Positions 53,121 through 64,000 of a DNA stretch of 64,000 nt are shown in pieces. The translations under genes were made by a program, and so were the position numbers. The notes beneath the pieces were generated by a model that was not told the origin of the DNA, did no database searches, and was given only the letters and a program-made list of their open reading frames with translations. The stretch comes from Octopus sinensis. Its lineage: Eukaryota. The stretch is from the NCBI RefSeq assembly GCF_006345805.1, contig NC_042998.1:90148001-90212000 (forward strand), in the 5' to 3' direction. Position 1 is the stretch's first letter, and each line of letters opens with the position of its first letter.

Positions 53121-53214
<94 letters not shown>

Positions 53215-53377
53215 TATATATATATATATATATTATATATATATATATTATATATATATATATATATACTTTTACACTTCCCGAGCGTTAAACTAATACG
53301 TCTGTTTGTTGTGTACACCACCTGTGTCTTGGTCTTTTGGGGGTTTTTTTTGTGAATTCTCCCCTATATATGTATAT

Positions 53378-53462
<85 letters not shown>

Positions 53463-53639
53463 AATACTACTACCATGGCACTCCCAAATTATTATTCTTC
53501 TTCCCCTTATTCTCCTCCTTCCTTTTTTCTTCTTCTTCCCTACCAAGAATTCACAAGGACCTCGAACCCACAAGGGTAAACAAGAGAGACAGAGACAGAC
53601 AAAAACAAGGAAATGCCACTTGTATTTGAACACTATACA

Positions 53640-53760
53640 AATATTCTTTCAAAAAAACTTTTCTTTTAATTTTTCTAAATTTAAACTGTTGAAAAAGTCT
53701 CAATGACTGAAACTGGTACTAAAATGTTTTTTATAAAATTATTTTAGCATTTTCTATTTT
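53640..53760 (+). mobile_element. PLE pLTR remnant with decayed hammerhead
   Basis: CTGTTGA-aa-AAGTC-tcaat-GACT-GAAA-CTGG-TA at 53686-53718; the A6 core position is mutated. Confidence 0.4.
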
Positions 53761-54004
53761 GACTTTTTTTCCATATATATATATACACCTCTTCCTTTTC
53801 CTCTATAACATATTTTATATCTTTTTCATTACTTTAATTTTGTTACTTTATCTTTCTTTTGCTCAAAGATACCTTGTCCGATATATTTCTGATCTACAGT
53901 TTCAGATACAGTGTAACACATGTTTTCTTTCCTATTTGCTCTTCTTTACATAACTCATTATAATTCATTTCTGAAGAGTTTGGTATTTTTTTCCATATTG
54001 GCAG

Positions 54005-54218
54005 GAAGAAATGTATGAAAGTATAAATGTCATACAAAGAGACTACAAGAAAACAATTGCACTTATAAATGATATTAAAAAACGACCGACACCAAGCCCC
54101 ACAACGGTAAAAACGACCTTGTCTTCCAATGGTTATTATTCTGCTTATGATCTACGGGAAAGAGTAGAATCTCTCAGTGAACAGATTGGTATCCTAGAGG
54201 AAAAACTATCAACAACAT
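54005..54218 (+). CDS. EGFL7/8: EGFL7/EGFL8-like exon (coiled coil and conserved C-terminal motif)
   Basis: ggcag acceptor and gtaagg donor, phase 0-1. Translates EEMYESINVIQRDYKK...RVESLSEQIGILEEKLSTT, matching the EGFL7 C-terminal RIDSLSEQISFLEEQL motif. Confidence 0.93.
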
Positions 54219-54650
54219 GTAAGGTTTTCTTTGTTTTTGATTTCTTTTTATCTGTTGGGTTTTAACTTTAGGGTGGACTTTTCCAATGAGTGTGTAACAA
54301 TACAGAAACACTTGTCTTTTATGATTCTTAGGACAGCTTCTCAGATTTAATCTCTCTTTTTGTGACTCTCAATACTAAGTAGTTGCTTGAGACCCGTTTT
54401 ATTACTGATTGCTAACCGGCTTCTAGAAGTCACTTCTGACATACACAGAAAAAAAAATGGATGAATGAATGTGATTTTTTAAAATGAATATGGCTAGAAT
54501 GCTCAACTTTTAAGTTATTTTCCTGTGAATGATATAGTCTTATGTTTAACAAACCCAATAGAAGTTTCATAATTTCATTTCCACACGGTTAATGTGTGGA
54601 ACACTTCTGATTTACCAAACCATTTCAATATTTCTCCTATATTTTTCTAG

Positions 54651-54670
54651 GTTCTTGTCAATACAATTGA
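54651..54670 (+). CDS. EGFL7/8: EGFL7/EGFL8-like terminal coding exon
   Basis: atttttctag acceptor. Completes T|GT and gives CSCQYN-TGA (stop 54668-54670), matching the CSC end of EGFL7/8. First downstream AATAAA is at 54919-54924. Confidence 0.88.
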
Positions 54671-55188
54671 CTGTGATATAAGAGTAGACTCTGAAGATAG
54701 TGACGTGTGCTCATCTTATATCAACCCATTTCAACCAGCCGTCCCATGACGAAATTAAGCAATACAGAAGTTGAATGATGTCAAATCCACTTCGCAACTT
54801 GTACAATTATATCAAGGCTTGGCACTCGGCTGTTCCTGATAGAAAACTATCAACATTGATACATTTATCAACACCAAAAGTTTGCCATGATGACTATGTA
54901 CATGTATTTGATGTACAAAATAAAACCCCTGCACAACATATTATATATAGATGGCTTGAACGAAAAGTTTTGGCTATTTCTCTCTATTTTTATAAAAGAT
55001 ACGACGTGAAATAATTATGTTTCTGCTTTATAAGCAAACAGAAAAGTGCTTTACTTTTGAAAGTAAAACATAAGAGAACATACGAATGTATGTATATATG
55101 TATGTATGCATGTATGTATGTATGTATGTATGCATATATGTATATATGTATGTGTGTATATATATATATATATATTATATATATATAT

Positions 55189-55259
<71 letters not shown>

Positions 55260-55276
55260 AACGCATATATATATAT

Positions 55277-55342
<66 letters not shown>

Positions 55343-56023
55343 ATCAAATACAACCTTCGTAAAAAAGGATTTAAAACGGAACTACTCTGGATTTACTACA
55401 ATTAAATGTAAAACACAGTAATATTTTCATAACCTGTCTTTCTGACATTCTCTCTTCTGATCTCCCTGATGACGTCATCTCCTTGAATTAAGGAGTTGCT
55501 ATGATTCTTTTATCGCGCAATCATATTCTTCAAAATAAAAAATACAAATGATTAGATGTATTTTTATTGACATATAATTCACTCTTCACCCTGAAGAGAT
55601 GTAACGCTGATTAAAATGAAATTTTCGTTACTTATTAATCACTACACAAATCAAAGTGAAAGAAAATGCTACCAAGGAAAAAGGGGAAGCCTTTTGTCAG
55701 AAGTATAATATACGAAAGTTTTTCATTTGATTTCATCGGAAACAAAAAGAAAAATACAAATCTTCAGAACAGCGTGTCTTGGTTGTGCCATGGATAAATA
55801 ATTTTTTTTAAAAGCCAAGGAAAATACACCTTTTTAATTGTCATCAATTATTTTAAACCTGTTTGTAACAATTCTCTTAGTTTCGTCCAAATTAATTCAT
55901 TCAAGACACTAGCTTTCGGGCGATAGATTTTCGTACAAGTTACTTGATTGGATCACTGGATGAATTTGTGTATGTGTGTGTGTGTGTGTGCGCGCGCACC
56001 CGTGTGTGTGTATGTGTGTGCGT

Positions 56024-56055
<32 letters not shown>

Positions 56056-56938
56056 ATTTATGTATGTGTATATATATATTCTTAAACCCGACTCTTGAAT
56101 AATTCATATTTTATCCCCCTTAATTCTAACCAGTTCATAGATTATTCTAAGACGTAAGCAACTTAAAAGTCTGAAAAACTTCTGTTGGTCAACTGAGCAG
56201 TGTAGACACTTCATTTGTCCTATAGCAGGAATGATCAAAAGTTTCGTTTCTATCTGTTTAACTACTACTTGCTTGGAATGTAACTCTCCTGTTTATTACA
56301 CTCTTCGATGCATTATCATTTGAAGCTAATATTCTCATGCTTGTACCAATTGTAAAAGAGTTGAAGACTGGTGCTGCATGACGCTGATTGCAAGATAGAG
56401 CATCAACAGCCATTTACAACAATGGCTGAAGCGTATTAAATCAGATGTCGTCTCTTTCAGTTTACAAATATTCCTGTAGGAATCCTTTGATCCACTTCTA
56501 TAGTAAAAAAAAAAACATATCGTTGGATCAAACTAAAGTAGTTTTGCTCCAAAGATTACAACTAGATATTTATAAATATACGTTTTGTAAACAGGAACCG
56601 AAACAAGATTTGGAGAAAGTAAGAAATCTTTCGAGTTATAAAATATATTTCGAAAATATTACTGCTTGCTGATTAGTTAAATCAGAACCTCCCGTTGAGA
56701 TAACAAACTTTGTTAGCGTCTCGACATTTAAGATATTGTTGACTGGATTAGTCAGCGATAGATTCAAAATTAATTCGAAGTTTGTCAGATCGGTTTGAAT
56801 AAATGCTAAGAAATATTGACAATGTGTTCCATTCAGTGTTTTGTTATTGTTTCATATATTTGTTATGACTATTTGTGTAAAATATTTTAGTGTTCTCTCA
56901 TCCTCTGTAATTCTCAACTCGTTTTCTTTATCTATATA

Positions 56939-57023
<85 letters not shown>

Positions 57024-57584
57024 CTCTCTCTCTCGCTCTCTCCTTCTTTCTTTCACTGTATATATCTTTTTTTTTATTTGTTTCAATCATTTGGCTGCTG
57101 CCATGCTGGGTCTGCTTGAAGGGTTTTTAGTCGAACAAATCGACTTCAGGATTTTTTTTGCAGTCTCTTTTTCAGAACCACTAAGCTACAGGGGTGTAAA
57201 CATGCTAATACTGGTTGCCAAGCAGTGGTGGGGGACATACACAGACACACGCAGATATATAATATGTGTGTGTATGTGTATTACACGCATTCATACACAC
57301 ACACATACATATACACATGTCAATACATAGGTCCATGAGGCTCAATATTCAGTAAGACACTTTCACTTTTGTTTATTTATTTTAGATGACGTTATGTTAC
57401 TTTATATTTTAGTTTTTATCTAATATGGCTGCGACTATGTTTTAGTAAAACCGATGAAATGCTCTAATTTGATTTCGGGGCGGTAAATAAGCAATTTCTT
57501 TCTGTTATCAGTGAGTTTAATCACCGAGATTCTTTTCCTTGATGTCTAATTAGGCATACCAAAGCAGTATAAGTTCTTTGTATG

Positions 57585-57604
57585 TATGTTACTGTTGTTG
57601 TTGT

Positions 57605-57635
<31 letters not shown>

Positions 57636-57790
57636 ACTACTGCTACTACTGCTGCTGCCGCCACGGTCGTCACCACCGCAGCTGCTACCCTCGCCGCTAC
57701 TGCTGCTATTACTGCTGTTGTTGTTGTTGTTGCTGTTGTTGTTGTTGCTGTTGTTGCTGTTGTTGTTGCTGTTGTCGTCGTCGTCGTTGT
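57585..57790. repeat. Compound trinucleotide array (GTT/GCT/ACT)n
   Basis: Directly visible. Source of the poly-C, poly-L and poly-V/A pseudo-ORFs. Confidence 0.95.
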
Positions 57791-58114
57791 CCCGTCTGTA
57801 GTGCGAGAAGTCCGAAACGTGGTCCTTTGCTATTCGTAAGACCCGCAGAAGAAAAAGCAGGTCAACCCCCGACACCGAGAGCATCAACGGATGGATGAAT
57901 GCGCATCCAGGCTCAGCGGTTGCGTAGGAAGTCGGGGACAAGAAACAGGAAGAAAGAGTGAGAGAAAGTTGTAGCGCCACCACCCCCTGCCGGAGCCTCG
58001 TGGAGCTTTAGGTGTTTTCGCTCAATAAACATACACAACGCCCGGTCTGGGAATCGAATCCGCGATCCTCCGACCGCGAGTCCGCTGCCCTAACCATTGG
58101 GTCATTGCGCCTCC
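57790..58114 (-). mobile_element. tRNA-derived SINE (tRNA-Arg-like head)
   Basis: Minus strand GGAGGCGCAATGACCCAATGGTTAGGGCAGCGGACTCGCGG..GGATTCGATTCCCAG has A and B boxes and is followed by a non-tRNA body and a (CAA/CAG)n tail. Confidence 0.75.
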
Positions 58115-58529
58115 ACTGCTGTTGCTGATGCTGTTTCGTGTGGTGTCTCTTTTACATTCGAAATTTCATTGATGTATGCTTAGCCAGCTTGAATGATTGC
58201 TTCGTATTCCCCCTGTTCGAAGTGGCAGGCTGCCAACCAGTGCAATACGTGATAGTTTGTGCCTTGTGGAGGAATTGGCACCGAATCATCTCGTGGTTGT
58301 CGTGTGGTGGCTAATCTATCTCAATGACTAAGGAGCGAAGCCAACTGGTATTCAAACAGTGAATCGATAAAAGGAAAAGAAAGGTAAACTAAGAGTGACC
58401 CAAGCTTGGTATCTGGGCGAAATTACCAGTGCTACCTTCAGATTCATACCGCCACAGCATCTATATCCCAGTTGTAGTAGGCGAACATGATTTATAAACT
58501 AAGAGGAAGAAGAAGACCAACAATTGTTT

Positions 58530-59273
58530 CTATTTTGATACAAGGCCAACAGATTTAAGGGGAGGGTGAAAGTTAATTGTACCGACCCCACCACTTGACT
58601 GGTACTTTATTTTATCGCCCCCGAAAGAATGAAAAGCGGAGTTGACGTCGGTGACACTTGAACAAGCGATTCTGCCAGCTCGCCACCTTAATTATTCTTA
58701 GCGGCCTGAAATTTTGGCAGGAGGCGCGGTCGATTATATCGGTCCCAGTGTTCGACTGGTATCGACTCCGAAAGGATAAAAGGTAAAGTCGACCTTGGCG
58801 GGATTTGAACTGAGAACGGAAAAACCGGAAGAAATACCACTGAGAATTTTGTCCGGCATGCTTATGATTTTACCTGCTCGCTGATAATAATAATTTTTTC
58901 TACTATAGACACAAGGTCTGAAATTTGTGGGAGGGAAGAAGATTAGTCGGTTACAACGACTGCAGTGCTTAGCTGGTACTTATTTTATAGACCGTGAACG
59001 GATGAAAGGCAAATTTCAATTTAGAGCTTAAAGATGGAAGAAATGCTTCTAAGCGTTTTGTTTAACGTAATCTGGGCACAAGGCCTTAAGTTTTGGGGTA
59101 GGTGGTTAGTTGATTACATCGCCCCCCACTGCTTGATTGGTACTCAATTTATTGACCCCGAAAGGATGAAAGGCAAAGTGGACTTCGGCAACATTTCAAC
59201 TCAGGACGTTAAACCGGAAGAAATGTCGCTAAGCTTTTCATCCGCCACTAACGATTCTACCCGCTCGCCGCCC

Positions 59274-59275
<2 letters not shown>
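58530..59275 (-). mobile_element. Cluster of about four partial SINE family A copies
   Basis: Repeated ccgaaaggatgaaaggcaaagtcgac and cagctcgcc segments. Confidence 0.75.
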
Positions 59276-59336
<61 letters not shown>

Positions 59337-59337
<1 letters not shown>

Positions 59338-59422
59338 CACAACAAATCACAGCACATACCCAAGGCACACAGAGCTGCGCTCGGTAGTGAAGTGAAAGCA
59401 CGCTATAAAAATAAAACTACTG

Positions 59423-59489
<67 letters not shown>

Positions 59490-59743
59490 GTAATAATAAT
59501 AATAATAATAATGGTTTCAAATTTTTCCACAAGGGCAGCCATTTTGGGGGAGAGGATGAGTCGATTACATCGACTGTGTTTCACTGGTACTTAGTTCATT
59601 GACTCCTAAAGGATGAAAGGCAAAGTCGATATTGCCGGATTTTAAACTCAGAAGATAGCGACGGGCGAAATACCGCTAAGCATTTCGTCCAGCTCGCCGC
59701 CTGAATGATAATAATAATAATAATAATATAATAATAATAATAA

Positions 59744-59791
<48 letters not shown>

Positions 59792-59902
59792 CACAACAAA
59801 TCACAGCACATACCCAAGGCACACAGAGCTGCGCTCGGTAGTGAAGTGAAAGCACGCTATAAAAATAAAACTACTGAATAATAATAATAATAATAATAAT
59901 AA

Positions 59903-59942
<40 letters not shown>

Positions 59943-60160
59943 GTAATAATAATAATAATAATAATGGTTTCAAATTTTTCCACAAGGGCAGCCATTTTGG
60001 GGGAGAGGATGAGTCGATTACATCGACTGTGTTTCACTGGTACTTAGTTCATTGACTCCTAAAGGATGAAAGGCAAAGTCGATATTGCCGGATTTTAAAC
60101 TCAGAAGATAGCGACGGGCGAAATACCGCTAAGCATTTCGTCCAGCTCGCCGCCTGAATG

Positions 60161-60217
<57 letters not shown>

Positions 60218-60230
60218 TAATAATAATAAT
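59337..60230. repeat. Tandem duplication of an about 454-bp unit (putative LINE 3' tail, (TAA)n, SINE A, (TAA)n)
   Basis: tcacaacaaatcacagcacatacc... starts at 59337 and again at 59791. The non-microsatellite parts appear identical. Confidence 0.9.
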
Positions 60231-60879
60231 AACAGCAACAACAACAACAATAGCAACAACATAGCATCATCGTCAAAGGTCATTCCGTAACCTCTTTTAT
60301 TTAACCTAGATTTACTTCTAACATTTTGTCCTTGTCTGTTCCGGTCATATGAATCAGAATGTAAGCATTTACTTAACGATGAACTATATACTTCTAACGT
60401 GCAAATACACTCCAACACTTGAGCCAATAGCCTAGATTGAAAGCAGCTTTGCTATCGCTAATAATGTTACTTGAGATGTAAGTGATCAATTGTGTCTTGT
60501 ACATTCATTAACACAAACGTATATATGCTTGTGAGTGTGTGTGCATGCGTCTATATGCGCACACGTGTGTGTGTGTGCGTTTATGCGCGCACTCCTCCGT
60601 ATAAATCTGAGAAATTGAACCTTAAGCGTGACCTTTACACAATATTAATTTCAGCTAAATATCAAACATTCCCAAAATTAATTTGTAGTATGATTAAACT
60701 ATCCAACCTCTATAATATAATTTTCTATTTAAATTACTGTCAAAACTCAAGAAAGTACTTTTTCACTCATTGAAAACCCAACATTTTTTTTTACATTAAA
60801 GCTACTGAAGTACGTATGTATATATACAATTCAATATGCCATCAGAATTTTAGGAACTGGTATTGCATGTCACAAGACG

Positions 60880-60927
<48 letters not shown>

Positions 60928-61444
60928 GAGTAGCCGTGCATGCCATCAAAGTGACACTGGAGTAAAATATACGGAGCCCAGCATACCCATCATGACTACC
61001 TGTCTGATAAGGGTACACCAGGCACATGCATCACAACCATATGTGCACGACATGGGGATCTCATATCAAGATAAACAGCGCATGACGAGTAGCCCATCCC
61101 GCTCAAAAGGTCCCTGAATAAGGATTGTTTAAGGATGTTGAACGAACCACCCATGTTTCCAAAGGTGAATTATTTAAACCTCTAAGAATTCCTTTCAACA
61201 CACGGCTATGATGCTCCCCCACTGCTTCTGCTCGTGATCAGAGATGCACATATCGTCAGCCAATAAGGGACATACTCAACTGGTTAAGGTCAAACACCTG
61301 ACAAGCAAATCTGTGGTATTGAGCAGAATATTTGCTGTAGCCCATCTTTTATACCAAGACAAAACAATGTACATGATAACACTTCCAATCAGTTAAGATC
61401 AGAAGCCATGAGATCCACTTTCTGGTACTGCATCAGGGCATTTA

Positions 61445-61558
<114 letters not shown>

Positions 61559-61581
61559 TATTATTATCCTTTCGCTTCCAA

Positions 61582-61625
<44 letters not shown>

Positions 61626-62338
61626 CGTGTGAAATGGGGCAATTGTGCACTTGGATCTTTACCTATGTGTTCAACTTGGCATCGGGCATTATAAAATATT
61701 TAAATAAATCGTTTCATTAAACATTAAATTTTTTTCAAACGCCAAACTGTAATTGTCTGTTCTATACTGGTTCTAAGTTTCAACCTGGAACTTCGATACG
61801 CAATTGGAAAGAATTATAATTGAATGGAGATACCAGCTGAATTTGTAGCTGAGACTATTTCCTTATATCATCTATAATTAGTACATTAAAGGGTGTACAA
61901 TTTTCTTGGTATATTTTAATACTATGATGTTGTTTCCGTTTTATACTTGCTTAGATATGTTATTCACTTAATTAAAAGAGAGCAAAATTCTTGGAATAAG
62001 TACATTTTATTTGTTTTAACATTTTTGTCACAGAATTTTGATTCCACGAGTGGGTTAATCCGAAATATACTTTCAAACATTACATATATCTTCATGGAAA
62101 CATAATGGAAATGAAATTCAAGGTGAAGGGAACTAAATATCTGTTGTTTTATTCATTCCAAAGCCAGTCTGATCGAGTAAAACTATACCAAAAAATATTT
62201 TCAATCACTTGTGTATTTTCCGAAAGTCATTTATGAACTGGATAAAGACGCGCCAAAATCTTATGAAGTAAAGACTGACTCCAAATATCTGAATGACAAA
62301 TGTTACAAGTTTGTATGAATGATAACTTTCACAACCGA

Positions 62339-62414
62339 GAAAGAGAGAAACAGATATAATGAAAGAGAGAAACAGATATAATGAAAGAGAGAAACAGATA
62401 TAATGAAAGAGAGA
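62339..62414 (+). repeat. 22-bp minisatellite, about 3.4 copies
   Basis: gaaagagagaaacagatataat x3 plus a partial copy. Confidence 0.9.
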
Positions 62415-62639
62415 GAAGGCGTATTTATTAAATGTGCATAACAAAACACTGATATCCAACATGATAACTTGGCAGAAGTTAACCAAAACTCCATGCTCCT
62501 AAGTCTACAAATTATTCCATTCGCATATATATAGAAAATAGTAAAGAGTGAAAAAACGACAGAAGGCTTAAATGTTAAAAAAAATATATATTTTTGCGTC
62601 AATATGTCTGAAGAATATTAGAAATTTTTTTTTTTTTTT

Positions 62640-62965
62640 CATTATAATGACATAATTAAAAGAAAGACCGGTTTCGCGTGTAGCTTATCAAATTTCTTGT
62701 GACGTTATGTTTATGTTGGATAGAGTTATCGTTGTGTTTATGTTCCGGAGAGTTCTAAATAAGGGGAGGTAGTGGGTGATTTCTTCCGGTGTAAGGGAGA
62801 TAATCGCTTAAAAATTTTTTTCCTTTCCCTTAATGTGAATTTCTCTGTATCAGTATGTTCGGATGGTTGAGTCTGGGCTTGTACTTTTCAATGAAGAATG
62901 TTTCCTTGTTTAGTCTAATTTGTGTTGATGATCCGAAAGCACATTGGTAAAATGGAAAGATTAAA
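62640..62965 (-). mobile_element. PLE 3' end (GIY-YIG C-terminus of a different clade) with decayed hammerhead
   Basis: Minus strand translates IFPFYQCAFGSSTQIRLNKETFFIEKYKPRLN. Decayed motif AAGAAA-tTTGATAA-GC(uacac)GC-GAAA-CCGG-UC-UUUCUU at 62660-62698. (TA)n at the 5' junction. Confidence 0.65.
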
Positions 62966-64000
62966 ATATATATATATATATACATACATATACTCTTTTA
63001 CTTCTTTCAGTCATTTGACTGCGGCCATGCTGGAGCACCGACTTTAGTCGAATAAATCGACCTCAGGACTTATTTCATCGGTCTCTTTTGCCGAATTTAC
63101 GAGAGAGTAAATACACCAACATCGGTTGTCAGGCGATGGTGGTGGGGACAAACAGAGACACACAAATACATACATATATATATATTATATGTATGTGTGT
63201 GTATGTGTGTGTACGACGGGCTTCTTTCAGTTTCCGTCTAAAGCCACTCACAAAGCATTGGTTGATCTGAGGCTATAATAGAAGACACTTGCTCAAAGTT
63301 CTACGCACTCACACTTATACACGCGCGCGCACATAACCCGATGTTTGCTACTAGCACTTGCAGTCTGCTGTCGTGGTTTCATTTGCGATATTTCAACAAC
63401 GACATTTTTGCTGAAGATGAAAGAATGAGGAAAGATGATGGACACCCACTGAAAGATTTATATTGCCCTCAAATAAATAAACAAAGTGCTTACATGGCTT
63501 CTTTTAATGTTGTGCTACATCCTGTTGCCGCCTTGTTGACTGGCTCTTGGCAACTCACTCCGCCCTACTTCATTACTAACCCAAATGTGTTTGTAAATTG
63601 ATTGTCAGACTGTCTTAAATATTCTAATGGCGTCGAGATGGTTTGGGATGCAACCACACCTGTTCTAGCCAAAGGGTTTATTGCATTTGGTGAAACGAAG
63701 ACAAGAACGTCTATAGAAAAAATAAGCATAAACGTCAGAGTTATGTGATCTCGGAACAATGTTTTGTTAAGAACGCCACGAAAGATAGGAAACGCAGTTG
63801 TAGGGGGGGGGATAATGGGTGGGTGTGTGTTTTAAAGAATAAATATTTTGGGGGTATATCTAGGTCGAAAACGTTAACCTTTAAATCGGGAGAAATATTT
63901 TCTTACCGGGGTTAACAATGAACGATATATTATCAACGAGAAACACCTGCATCTATAGTGAATAATAAATGAAACTCAATGTAAATAATATTAATCGGTT

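Noticed and set aside
55468-55510. CTGATGA followed by a hairpin (possible hammerhead)
   Set aside because: No GAAA, stem III or NUH follows.
58040-58114. tRNA-Arg-like gene on the minus strand
   Set aside because: The acceptor stem and 3' end are not tRNA-like and it continues into a repeat body and microsatellite tail. It is a SINE head.
63565-63759. Minus-strand ORF with a PxExxR mitochondrial-carrier-like motif
   Set aside because: It is a single short motif, the surrounding residues read like an antisense frame, and no carrier repeat structure is present.

Overview
AT-rich, microsatellite-dense animal genomic DNA. The repeat families look like those of octopods (inference). The window holds one multi-exon protein-coding gene on the + strand, an EGFL7/EGFL8-like gene (EMI domain, EGF, Ca-binding EGF, coiled coil, C-terminal CSC). 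Seven coding exons were reconstructed with consistent splice phases from 26047 to 54670; the signal-peptide exon is unresolved. The rest is mostly transposon-derived. It includes at least eight remnants of Penelope-like elements (PLEs) carrying minimal type-I hammerhead ribozyme motifs, four with an intact catalytic core and four decayed. It also has a Tx1-clade LINE 3' end sitting inside a (TATC)n array, Dong/R4-like RLE LINE fragments at (TAA)n, RTE fragments, four Tc1/mariner remnants, a Helentron-type non-autonomous element and several tRNA-derived SINE families. The most interesting signals are: (i) a hammerhead PLE family whose two copies share a fixed inversion breakpoint, one placing the ribozyme in the loop of a perfect 73-bp hairpin and the other enclosing a 1.5-kb strongly C-depleted body with no recognisable PLE ORF; (ii) apparent partitioning of different microsatellites among different retroelement clades; (iii) sense-strand ribozymes in the host gene being mostly broken while antisense ones are intact. 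Nearly all ORFs in the supplied track are microsatellite artefacts. No rRNA, true tRNA or CRISPR array was found.
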